From a virus (lineage: Duplodnaviria; Caudoviricetes), in the IMG/VR virus record IMGVR_UViG_3300030376_006135, positions 1 through 44,296 of that record: DNA of 44,296 bases, one strand, 5' to 3'. How positions within the stretch are numbered: position 1 is the stretch's first letter; every line of letters begins with the position of its first letter. The position numbers and the translations under genes were made by a program. The notes below the pieces were generated by a model, which saw nothing but the letters and a program-made list of their open reading frames with translations, was not told where the DNA came from and did no database searches. Positions 1 to 7,261 of this stretch are shown piece by piece.

Positions 1-543
1 AAGAAAAACGGAAACGAAAAAGACACGATAGCTAGCGCAGCAGTAGCAGGCTTATTTATATTTTTTGCACTTGCTTTTGTAAACAATGCTTTTTCATCTG
101 AACTTGTCTTCAAATTTAAGAACCCTTCTTTCAGTGGCATCGGTACAGGTGCACATTATCTTACTGTAGAAAACCAAGAACAATCTAGAAGAAAAGCTAT
201 AGAAGATGCACTAGCTGCAGCCGAAAAAGCAGCACAGCGTGAAGCTGATAATTCAACTCTTGCTAAGTTCATTCGTAACTTAGAATCTCGTATTTATGCA
301 CAAATGTCAAAACAACTTGTAGAAAGTATGTTCCAAAATGACAACCCAGTTAGATTCGGATCTTTCGTATTAGAGGGCTCTACCGTAACTTATGAAGTAA
401 TTACAAATGCAGACGGTAGTGAAAGTATAAAAATGACTATTGTTGCAGAAGACGGTACTGAGACTATTATTGAGATTCCAATTGGGTCAGGCTATTTTGG
501 AAGTGATTATGGTACGACTCCTCCTGACCCTGGTTCTGGTTAG
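1..543 (+). CDS. csgF: Curli assembly component CsgF-like, 5' truncated; longer than the 304..543 ORF listed
   Basis: Frame 1 is open from base 1: a hydrophobic signal-like stretch, then SELVFKFKNPSFSG and later FIRNLESRIYAQMSKQLVESMF. This matches the CsgF N-terminal NPxFxG pattern, and the gene lies directly upstream of csgG. Confidence 0.85.
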   Translation, partial: KKNGNEKDTIASAAVAGLFIFFALAFVNNAFSSELVFKFKNPSFSGIGTGAHYLTVENQEQSRRKAIEDALAAAEKAAQREADNSTLAKFIRNLESRIYAQMSKQLVESMFQNDNPVRFGSFVLEGSTVTYEVITNADGSESIKMTIVAEDGTETIIEIPIGSGYFGSDYGTTPPDPGSG

Positions 544-1399
544 TTCTTGCGCACAGATACCTCGTTATTCAGAAAACCCACAAGACTGTAACAAACCAAC
601 TTGGGGCAATGAATATAATCACGATGTATGGAACTATGCAAAAGCAGCAGGTAGAACATTTGAAAGAGCAATACCTTTTATCTGTAAAGAATACCCAGAA
701 GTAGTTAACTTACCTTCATATATAAAATTACTAGACTTGCCACCTGCAGAGCGTATGCCTATTGTAGCAGTGTATGGTTTTGCAGACAAGACAGGACAAA
801 GAAAAGCAAGAGAAGGTATAGCAGACTTTTCAACTGCAGTAACACAAGGTGCAACTGAAATGCTTATTGATGCACTAAAAAGTGCAGGCAAAGGACAATG
901 GTTTCGTGTAGTTGAAAGACAAGGCATAGATAATCTTGTACGAGAAAGACAAATTATAAGAAGTGCAAGACAAGAGTTTCAAAGTGATAATCAAGGTGTT
1001 GGACCTTTACTATTTGCAGGTATGATACTTGAAGGTGGTATTATTGGTTACGACACAAATATAACATCTGGAGGACGAGGTGCAAGATATCTAGGTATCG
1101 GTGGCAATCGTCAATACAGACAAGATCAAGTTACTGTAAGTCTCCGTGCAGTAAGTGTACATTCAGGAGAAGTTCTACTAAATGTACAAACTCGTAAGAC
1201 TATATTATCTTATGGGAAAGGTGGAGACATTTTTAGGTTCATTGAGGATGGCACTGAACTTGTTGAATATGAGAGCGGTAGTACTCTCAATGAATCTGTT
1301 ACTTATGCAACACGCACAGCAATTGAAGCTGCCGTGTTAGAACTAGTTAACCAAGGTCACGATAGAGACTATTGGAAAATTAGTGGGAGAGACGAATGA
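509..1399 (+). CDS. csgG: Curli secretion outer-membrane pore lipoprotein CsgG
   Basis: Motifs VAVYGFADKTGQRK, FSTAVTQGA, WFRVVERQGIDNLVRERQIIRS, LEGGIIGYD, QYRQDQVTVSLRAVS. The ATG at 509 gives a lipoprotein signal MVRLLLTLVLVSSC, so it is preferred over 440. Confidence 0.93.
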   Translation: MVRLLLTLVLVSSCAQIPRYSENPQDCNKPTWGNEYNHDVWNYAKAAGRTFERAIPFICKEYPEVVNLPSYIKLLDLPPAERMPIVAVYGFADKTGQRKAREGIADFSTAVTQGATEMLIDALKSAGKGQWFRVVERQGIDNLVRERQIIRSARQEFQSDNQGVGPLLFAGMILEGGIIGYDTNITSGGRGARYLGIGGNRQYRQDQVTVSLRAVSVHSGEVLLNVQTRKTILSYGKGGDIFRFIEDGTELVEYESGSTLNESVTYATRTAIEAAVLELVNQGHDRDYWKISGRDE

Positions 1400-2127
1400 G
1401 AAAGATACTACTAGGCCTAGGTATACTTCCGTGTTTGGTCTTTGCACAAAGTGACGACAATGAAATCTGGATTGAACAATCTGGTGATACTTTTAAACTA
1501 TATGTTGACCAAGTTGGATTTGGTAACAAAATTGGTGGTAATGACTTTAGTGGCAGTGCTTCCGATATGGTTATAGATGGTACTACCTTAACTTTTAATT
1601 TGGATTTTATAGGGGATCAAAACGTATTATTTGGACCTGTTACAGCTGACAGTTCCACATACAATTTAAACTTTACTGGAGACAGTAATGAAATAGATTG
1701 GAGTATTGGAGTTACAGGCTCTGCAGATACCTCTACGTATGATTTTACAGTTACTGGCGATAGTAACACCTTTGATATAGATCAAGGTGCTGTCGCAAGT
1801 GCGGAGCGATTGGACGCTGACCTAACAATTATCGGAAGCAGCAATGTTTTTGATTTGGATTGGGAAAGTGATGATGCCACTTGGGATTTTGAGATTACTG
1901 GTGGAAGCAACAATGTTAATACTCTACAGAAAGATGGAGGAGACCATACAATCACAGTTGATTTAAATGGAGACTCTGCTGATATAGATATTACACAGAT
2001 AAGTGGAACATGTGTTACAGGAGCACCTGCAGCTTGTTCTACTCCATCAGGATATATTGATTTAGATGTTACAAGTGACAACTCAATTATTCAAATTACA
2101 CAGAAAGATTCTAGCAACGATTCTTAA
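1396..2127 (+). CDS. Secreted curlin-like (CsgA/CsgB-like) beta-solenoid repeat protein
   Basis: Signal peptide; about 22-26 aa repeats ending G(D/S/G)(S/Q)N; IxQxG-like strands; very acidic; Cys pair near the C-terminus; ATGA overlap with csgG. Confidence 0.7.
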   Translation: MRKILLGLGILPCLVFAQSDDNEIWIEQSGDTFKLYVDQVGFGNKIGGNDFSGSASDMVIDGTTLTFNLDFIGDQNVLFGPVTADSSTYNLNFTGDSNEIDWSIGVTGSADTSTYDFTVTGDSNTFDIDQGAVASAERLDADLTIIGSSNVFDLDWESDDATWDFEITGGSNNVNTLQKDGGDHTITVDLNGDSADIDITQISGTCVTGAPAACSTPSGYIDLDVTSDNSIIQITQKDSSNDS

Positions 2128-3220
2128 CATTGCAATGATAGGGTCTGTTTCGGCAGACTCTATCGGCAACGTAGTGGAAGCCACAGGTAACTCTGGACTT
2201 CTTAGAGAACAAGAACAAGTAGTAGTAACTCCAGCATATTTACCTGAAGTTGAACTATATGATACAGCAACTACTGGTAACAGTAGAATGTTGATACAAT
2301 TTTTAGACAAAGCAAAACTATCACTCACAGAGCATACAAAAGTATTGATAGATGAAGTGATATACGATCCAAACCCAGATAAGTCTAAAATGGCAATGAA
2401 GATGGTGTTTGGAACTGCCAGATTTGCTTCTGGCACATTGGGAACAATTAATAAAAAGAATATTAAGATTGAAACTCCTACAGCACAAATTGCTATTCGT
2501 GGAACAGACTTTACAACAACTATAGATGAGTTAGGCAGAAGTTTAATTGTTCTACTTCCTGATGAATTTGGTAACTCATCAGGTGAAATCACAGTTACAA
2601 ATGAAGCAGGAGAAGTTGTACTAAATGAACCTTATGCAGCTACTATGGTTTCTACTATTAGTAGTATGCCTACTTCCCCTGTAACTATATCAGGAATTAC
2701 TGTAAATATGATTGATAATATGTTTATTGTAAATCCACCACAAGACATAAGAGATGCTATAGAAGAACAAGCAGATAAAGAAGCAAACCAAGATCAAGGA
2801 ATATTGGATATTGACTTTCTAGAGTTTAATGACTTAAATGAAAATGCTCTTGATGAAGAAACAGAACTAGAGTTCTCAGAATTAGATATTGATTTTCTAG
2901 ATGTAGATTTACTAAGAGATGTACTAGATATAATAGAAGAACTAGATAAAAAGATAAAAGGTGCACAACCTGTAGAATCTGCATCAACTTCTACTGGAGT
3001 AAAACTATCAGGAGCACAGATAGGACAAAATTCAGACTCACAGTATAATATATTTATAGAAGATGACAAAATAGTATTCTTCAGAGATGTAAATGGAATT
3101 ATCAGTATTAAACTGAATACAGATTCAAATGCATTGATAGAAACAATTGTAGAAGGATATGAAGGTATTATTGAATTAAATGAAGGAGATGACTCCGAGA
3201 TAATTATAAGGCAAGAATGA
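2066..3220 (+). CDS. FecR-domain periplasmic protein with acidic C-terminal region
   Basis: N-terminal hydrophobic signal and FecR-like motifs TTGNSRMLIQFLDKAKLSLTEHT and IETPTAQIAIRGTDF. Exact start uncertain. Confidence 0.8.
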   Translation: MLQVTTQLFKLHRKILATILNIAMIGSVSADSIGNVVEATGNSGLLREQEQVVVTPAYLPEVELYDTATTGNSRMLIQFLDKAKLSLTEHTKVLIDEVIYDPNPDKSKMAMKMVFGTARFASGTLGTINKKNIKIETPTAQIAIRGTDFTTTIDELGRSLIVLLPDEFGNSSGEITVTNEAGEVVLNEPYAATMVSTISSMPTSPVTISGITVNMIDNMFIVNPPQDIRDAIEEQADKEANQDQGILDIDFLEFNDLNENALDEETELEFSELDIDFLDVDLLRDVLDIIEELDKKIKGAQPVESASTSTGVKLSGAQIGQNSDSQYNIFIEDDKIVFFRDVNGIISIKLNTDSNALIETIVEGYEGIIELNEGDDSEIIIRQE

Positions 3221-3876
3221 AATTAGTAGCAACAAATTTAGTACTTATTGGTTTATGCATATTTGCTATATTTAGTAAAGCAGACGATAATCATGTACAT
3301 ATAGATCAAGTAAATAGTGGTGACGGATTTGATTTTAATGTTGATCAGATTGGATATGATAATAAGATAGACTTTTCTTTTGACCATGCTAACAATGAAT
3401 TTAATTTAAGTCAGAGGGGTTCTGGTAATCTTATTTCTTGGGTTCCATGGTGGGGGTCAGGAAAAACCTGGGGTGGAGATGTTGACGGTACAAATAATAC
3501 TATAAACATAGACCAACAAGGCGGAGCTACTTATGGTGCTCATGTTTGGGGAAACTATAATGCAGTTGATATTTATCAAGATGGAACACATGAAACTTTT
3601 TTAGATGTTCATGCAAGTAATACCGATATTGATATTTGGCAAGAGGATAGTGGAGACAAGTATGCACAAGTTTACTTTTATGGAAACTCTTCTTATTCAA
3701 CTGTGGATATGATGCAAAAAGGAACTGGAGCACACTCTGCAACAGTTACATTACAAGGATCATACTCAACAGACTTGACACTTACTCAACAAGGATCAAC
3801 AACTCAAACATACACTTTAACACAAAACTGTGCTACTGCAGGTGGTTGTAGTGTATCAGTAACACAAGGAAATTAA
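3217..3876 (+). CDS. Second secreted curlin-like repeat protein
   Basis: Signal peptide; repeated QxGxxN units (DQIGYDN, SQRGSGN) and related QxG strands; terminal CATAGGC. Confidence 0.75.
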   Translation: MKLVATNLVLIGLCIFAIFSKADDNHVHIDQVNSGDGFDFNVDQIGYDNKIDFSFDHANNEFNLSQRGSGNLISWVPWWGSGKTWGGDVDGTNNTINIDQQGGATYGAHVWGNYNAVDIYQDGTHETFLDVHASNTDIDIWQEDSGDKYAQVYFYGNSSYSTVDMMQKGTGAHSATVTLQGSYSTDLTLTQQGSTTQTYTLTQNCATAGGCSVSVTQGN

Positions 3877-5654
3877 TGATCAGATTAATAATATCAGCAC
3901 TTTGTTTAGGACTCTTTATATGGAATCCTTATCCTTTTAAACTTTTAGAACTAAAAACATATGACTGGTTGATTATGTCGCAACCAGAAGTACAAAACGA
4001 AAATGTTATTCTTGTAGACATAGATGAAGCTGTGATAGAAGCCTACGGCGGCTATCCACTTCCAAGATCATTTTACGCAGATTTTTTAAAAAGAACGAAT
4101 GTAGCAGGTATAACAGTTCTTATGCCTGACCCAGATATTCGTGATAGAAATAATGACTTTGAGCTAGCAAGTGTGATGGCATCAAAACCAACTGTTCTTG
4201 CTTCTGCAGCCTCAATACAGTCAGAGGAGCTGTCCTTACATGTAGGAACAGCTGAGATAGGAGAAGATCCAAGACCATGGCTATATCAATACCCAGGAAT
4301 TTTACGTACAGAGTCTATAGTGGCGTTAAACGCAAAGGGGTTAGGGGTAGTAACCGCTACGCCGGAAATAGACGGGGTTACTCGTCGTATTCCCCTAGTC
4401 GTAAACGTAGAGTCAAAACTTTACCCAAGCTTCGCACTAGAACTCTTAAGAGTCGGGTTAGACCATCCTTCGTACCAGCTAAAAACAACACAAGAGGGTA
4501 TTGAATGGATAAGGGTACCAAGTTACCCACTCATGAATACAGATGCAAATGGTCGTATCTTTTTAGATTGGAATACAAACTTTTATAGACAATCTGCATC
4601 AGAGTTTATGATGAACCCTATAGATGCACCTTTTGTAATTATCGGCACGACTGCAGAGGGTATAACTAACCCTGTGCCGACCCCTGCGGGGGCAAAGTAC
4701 CCACATGAAATACAAGCAAATATTTTACACAATCTTATTAATGGTTCCGCTCCTGCTACTCCTACTTGGTCTGGTGGAGCAGAGCTTTTGGGAGCAGTTA
4801 TCGCAGTCACTATTATTGCACTCACAGCATCCTATATATGGTTTAGCGTTCCGATATTATTCTCTATAATAGGTGGGCTAATTTATGCAGCCTGGTATGC
4901 GTTTCAATCTTCTTATTTGATAGACGTCAGCGGCATTATTTTAATCTCGTTTTTATTGTGGAGTATTGAAAGTTTCCGTAATTTCATTACGCAGTATTTC
5001 CTCCGATTACAAATTAAACAACAATTTGGGACGTACGTTAGTCCCGACCTTGTGAAAAAATTACAGGACGATCCAACATTACTGAGATTGGGTGGGGAGA
5101 CAAAACGACTAACTTTTCTTTTTTCTGATATCCGAGGATTCACACCAATTTCAGAGAAATACCAAAGTGACCCACAGGGACTTACAACTCTTATAAATCG
5201 TTTCTTGGATAATCAAACAGAAATTATACTAAAACATGGTGGAACAATTGATAAATATATGGGAGATTGTATAATGGCATTTTGGGGTGCACCGCTTGAT
5301 GACGAAGATCAAGTACTCAATGCAACCAAAGCGGTTCTTGAAATGAAAGAATCTTTAGGAGAACTAAATGAAACCCTCGCAAAAGAAGGCTTGGATCAAA
5401 TTAATACAGGAGCAGGAATCAACACAGGACTCTGCGTGGTTGGGAACTTTGGTTCTAGCAACAGGTTTGACTATTCTGTGCTTGGTGATTCTGTCAATCT
5501 TGCTGCACGGCTGGAATCCAGTTGCAAAGATTACAATACTGACTTAATTATATCAGAATATAGTTTACTTGATGAATACGATTATGAATTTTTAGACGAA
5601 GTTACAGTAAAAGGTAAGAGTGAACCCGTTAAAATCTATACCATCAGAAAATAG
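3876..5654 (+). CDS. CHASE2 sensor + about 3 TM helices + class III adenylate cyclase
   Basis: CHASE2 motifs VILVDIDE, GGYPLPRS, DGVTRRIPL, HEIQANILHNL; three hydrophobic helices; cyclase motifs FSDIRGFT, GGTIDKYMGDCIMAFWGAP, RFDYSVLGDSVNLAARLES. Confidence 0.93.
   Translation: MIRLIISALCLGLFIWNPYPFKLLELKTYDWLIMSQPEVQNENVILVDIDEAVIEAYGGYPLPRSFYADFLKRTNVAGITVLMPDPDIRDRNNDFELASVMASKPTVLASAASIQSEELSLHVGTAEIGEDPRPWLYQYPGILRTESIVALNAKGLGVVTATPEIDGVTRRIPLVVNVESKLYPSFALELLRVGLDHPSYQLKTTQEGIEWIRVPSYPLMNTDANGRIFLDWNTNFYRQSASEFMMNPIDAPFVIIGTTAEGITNPVPTPAGAKYPHEIQANILHNLINGSAPATPTWSGGAELLGAVIAVTIIALTASYIWFSVPILFSIIGGLIYAAWYAFQSSYLIDVSGIILISFLLWSIESFRNFITQYFLRLQIKQQFGTYVSPDLVKKLQDDPTLLRLGGETKRLTFLFSDIRGFTPISEKYQSDPQGLTTLINRFLDNQTEIILKHGGTIDKYMGDCIMAFWGAPLDDEDQVLNATKAVLEMKESLGELNETLAKEGLDQINTGAGINTGLCVVGNFGSSNRFDYSVLGDSVNLAARLESSCKDYNTDLIISEYSLLDEYDYEFLDEVTVKGKSEPVKIYTIRK
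4277..4504 (+). CDS. Candidate overprinted 75-aa Arg/Lys-rich protein inside the cyclase gene
   Basis: Alternative-frame ORF with 22 K+R, no D/E and no Cys/Trp. Local GC is about 48% by hand count over 4321-4500. AGGAG lies 13 nt upstream. Confidence 0.4.
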   Translation: MAISIPRNFTYRVYSGVKRKGVRGSNRYAGNRRGYSSYSPSRKRRVKTLPKLRTRTLKSRVRPSFVPAKNNTRGY

Positions 5655-5657
5655 GTC

Positions 5658-5686
5658 TTGACAATTTTGCTCTGTTTTGATATAAT
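5658..5686 (+). promoter_or_regulatory. Consensus sigma70 promoter with extended -10
   Basis: TTGACA (5658-63), 17 nt spacer ending TGA, TATAAT (5681-86), located in an intergenic gap. Confidence 0.9.
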
Positions 5687-5731
5687 TATCAACATACGAA
5701 GAAAAAATCTTCAAGATATTAAGGAATAAAT

Positions 5732-5929
5732 ATGGACGCCAACGAAGTCGCCGCAGAATTAGCAAAACACGAAGCTGTATGTGCAGAAAGATGGAAAACT
5801 GCATTCAATAAGTTTAATGATTTAGAGCAGCAGGTGACCAGAATTGAAACAATACTTATTGGAGCCGCAGGAACTATGCTATGTGGTGGTCTTGGTGTGC
5901 TTTGGACTATAATATCAATGCATCCGTAG
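5732..5929 (+). CDS. Small coiled-coil protein with C-terminal TM helix (XhlA/holin-like)
   Basis: HEAVCAERW motif, heptad region and a C-terminal hydrophobic helix; AAGGA upstream. Confidence 0.55.
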   Translation: MDANEVAAELAKHEAVCAERWKTAFNKFNDLEQQVTRIETILIGAAGTMLCGGLGVLWTIISMHP

Positions 5930-5937
5930 GAGAAATT

Positions 5938-6102
5938 ATGCAAAAAGAAGGATACCAAACAAAGGTTATGAAGCCAGAGAAGAAAAAAGAACTTCCTATT
6001 TATCAAAAAAGAAATCATTGGTGTTTCAGACATGAAGGATTACTGCATAAGTATGATTCAAAGTCCGAAGCAGAAGAAAAATACTTAGAATTAACAAAAT
6101 AA
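5938..6102 (+). CDS. Hypothetical protein, 54 aa
   Basis: AGGAG RBS precedes the ATG at 5938. Confidence 0.65.
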   Translation: MQKEGYQTKVMKPEKKKELPIYQKRNHWCFRHEGLLHKYDSKSEAEEKYLELTK

Positions 6103-6103
6103 T

Positions 6104-6286
6104 ATGGCAAACAGTATTGAAGAAGCCCTTAAAAAGGCAGTACAAAAGGTAGACTCTACCGAGATCAAAGAAGGTGAAGGCGCAGAGCCTAGTCAAGAGT
6201 TATCTGCAAGAGTTAAAAGACTCATGGCACGAAAAACTAACCTTCAAAGAAAACGCAGGAAAAAATTACCATCTACACTTAGATGA
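6104..6286 (+). CDS. Hypothetical protein with basic C-terminus
   Basis: ORF abuts both neighbours; ends QRKRRKKLPSTLR. Confidence 0.65.
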   Translation: MANSIEEALKKAVQKVDSTEIKEGEGAEPSQELSARVKRLMARKTNLQRKRRKKLPSTLR

Positions 6287-6444
6287 AAAAGAAACTTTCC
6301 CACGAAGAACGTTGGAAGATTTGTCAAAAGTGTCCACATTTAAATAAAACGTGGAAGTTTTGTAAAATCTGTCATTGTTTTATGCCCCTCAAGACTAAAT
6401 TAAGATGGGCAGAGTGTCCCGACGAACCAGTTCGTTGGACTTAG
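6283..6444 (+). CDS. Cys-rich putative metal-binding protein, 53 aa (not in ORF track)
   Basis: ATGA overlap; MKKKLSHEERWKICQKCPHLNKTWKFCKICHCFMPLKTKLRWAECPDEPVRWT. The CxxC...CxxCxC...CP...W pattern resembles DUF6171-type proteins (from memory). Confidence 0.75.
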   Translation: MKKKLSHEERWKICQKCPHLNKTWKFCKICHCFMPLKTKLRWAECPDEPVRWT

Positions 6445-6455
6445 GAGAAATACTT

Positions 6456-6512
6456 ATGGCAATGCGTAAGAAAAAGAAGAAAAAAGGTGGCAAAAAACGG
6501 AGCAGAGGATAA
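6456..6512 (+). CDS. 18-aa basic micropeptide MAMRKKKKKKGGKKRSRG (not in ORF track)
   Basis: AGGAGA at 6443-48 sits 7 nt before the ATG; the ORF fills the gap between neighbours. Confidence 0.6.
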   Translation: MAMRKKKKKKGGKKRSRG

Positions 6513-6525
6513 TACTCCAGGCTAT

Positions 6526-6876
6526 ATGGTCTGGTTAAACTACTTTAGAAGTATCAAACATGTATGTCCCTGGTCTTATAAGTCTTTTATCGCAGGCACT
6601 ACAAACATTGTTCCTTATGATCCAGAAATACTTATATTAAATGAGATCAACTGGGGAACAGAACCGTGGGAGGTGATCATCTATTTGGTGGGTGATGACC
6701 TAACTCTTGAAGAGATTGACAAAATAGTGGAGAGTAGAAATGATCTCCAGAACAAATGCGAATATTTATGGTCTCACCCATCTTTTACCAAAGGTGGAAA
6801 TAATCAAACTCCCGTAGCTGTAATTATACAGCAAGACCGTCAAAGGTTAGAGGAACTTAGAAATGGTAATGCGTAA
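6526..6876 (+). CDS. Hypothetical protein with VCPWS motif
   Basis: Globular-looking ORF; ATG 6526 is preferred over GTG 6487, which overlaps the micropeptide. Confidence 0.65.
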   Translation: MVWLNYFRSIKHVCPWSYKSFIAGTTNIVPYDPEILILNEINWGTEPWEVIIYLVGDDLTLEEIDKIVESRNDLQNKCEYLWSHPSFTKGGNNQTPVAVIIQQDRQRLEELRNGNA

Positions 6877-6985
6877 GAAAACAAAAAAGAAAAGAGGTTT
6901 AAAACCTTGCTTGACTACAAAGCAGCGTAAGCTACCGAAAGCTTTGCAGGCAGCAATAAGGAAGAAAAACAGACCTTGTAGATAA
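6863..6985 (+). CDS. 40-aa basic protein (not in ORF track)
   Basis: MVMRKKTKKKRGLKPCLTTKQRKLPKALQAAIRKKNRPCR; GAGGA upstream; TAATG coupling to the next gene. Confidence 0.65.
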   Translation: MVMRKKTKKKRGLKPCLTTKQRKLPKALQAAIRKKNRPCR

Positions 6986-7125
6986 TGGCTAGATGGTCAA
7001 TTAAATACAAGCGAAGTATAAATTGTGCCAGACCTAAAGGGTTTTCACAAAAGCAATACTGTGCAAGAAAACGAAGAGGGGGGAAATATAAAAATGCCCG
7101 TAAGAAAAGTAAAAGGCGGCTTTAA
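6985..7125 (+). CDS. 46-aa basic protein with WSxKYKRSIxCxxPKGFSQKQYC motif (not in ORF track)
   Basis: MARWSIKYKRSINCARPKGFSQKQYCARKRRGGKYKNARKKSKRRL; start overlaps the previous stop. Confidence 0.75.
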   Translation: MARWSIKYKRSINCARPKGFSQKQYCARKRRGGKYKNARKKSKRRL

Positions 7126-7261
7126 ATGGGGAAAGTCTGGCAAAGTCTACAAGACTAAAAAAGAGGCAGAAGCCCAAGGCAGAGCAATCTACGCATCAGG
7201 ATATGGCAAAAAGAAAAAGAAAAGATCCAAGAGTCGGAACAGGAAAAAAGCCAAAAGGTAG
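7094..7261 (+). CDS. Basic protein MPVRKVKGGFKWGKSGK...
   Basis: ATG 7094 is preferred over GTG 7025; K/R-rich. Confidence 0.7.
   Translation: MPVRKVKGGFKWGKSGKVYKTKKEAEAQGRAIYASGYGKKKKKRSKSRNRKKAKR

Noticed and set aside
440-508. Longer upstream starts given in the track (440, 5881, 6487, 7025, 7649, 10756, 12336, 24227, 24618, 30897)
   Set aside because: Downstream starts fit RBS position, signal peptides, paralog N-termini or promoter location better.
1-5654. Curli-cyclase block as host chromosome flanking a prophage
   Set aside because: No integrase, att-like repeat or obvious compositional break; same strand and compact overlapping style as the phage genes. Not fully excluded without reads or the upstream sequence.
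5655-5731. CRP-type site or operator near the promoter after the cyclase; ATCTT-C-AAGAT at 5707-17
   Set aside because: I saw no TGTGA-N6-TCACA match at any of the three promoters, and the short AT-rich palindrome is expected by chance.
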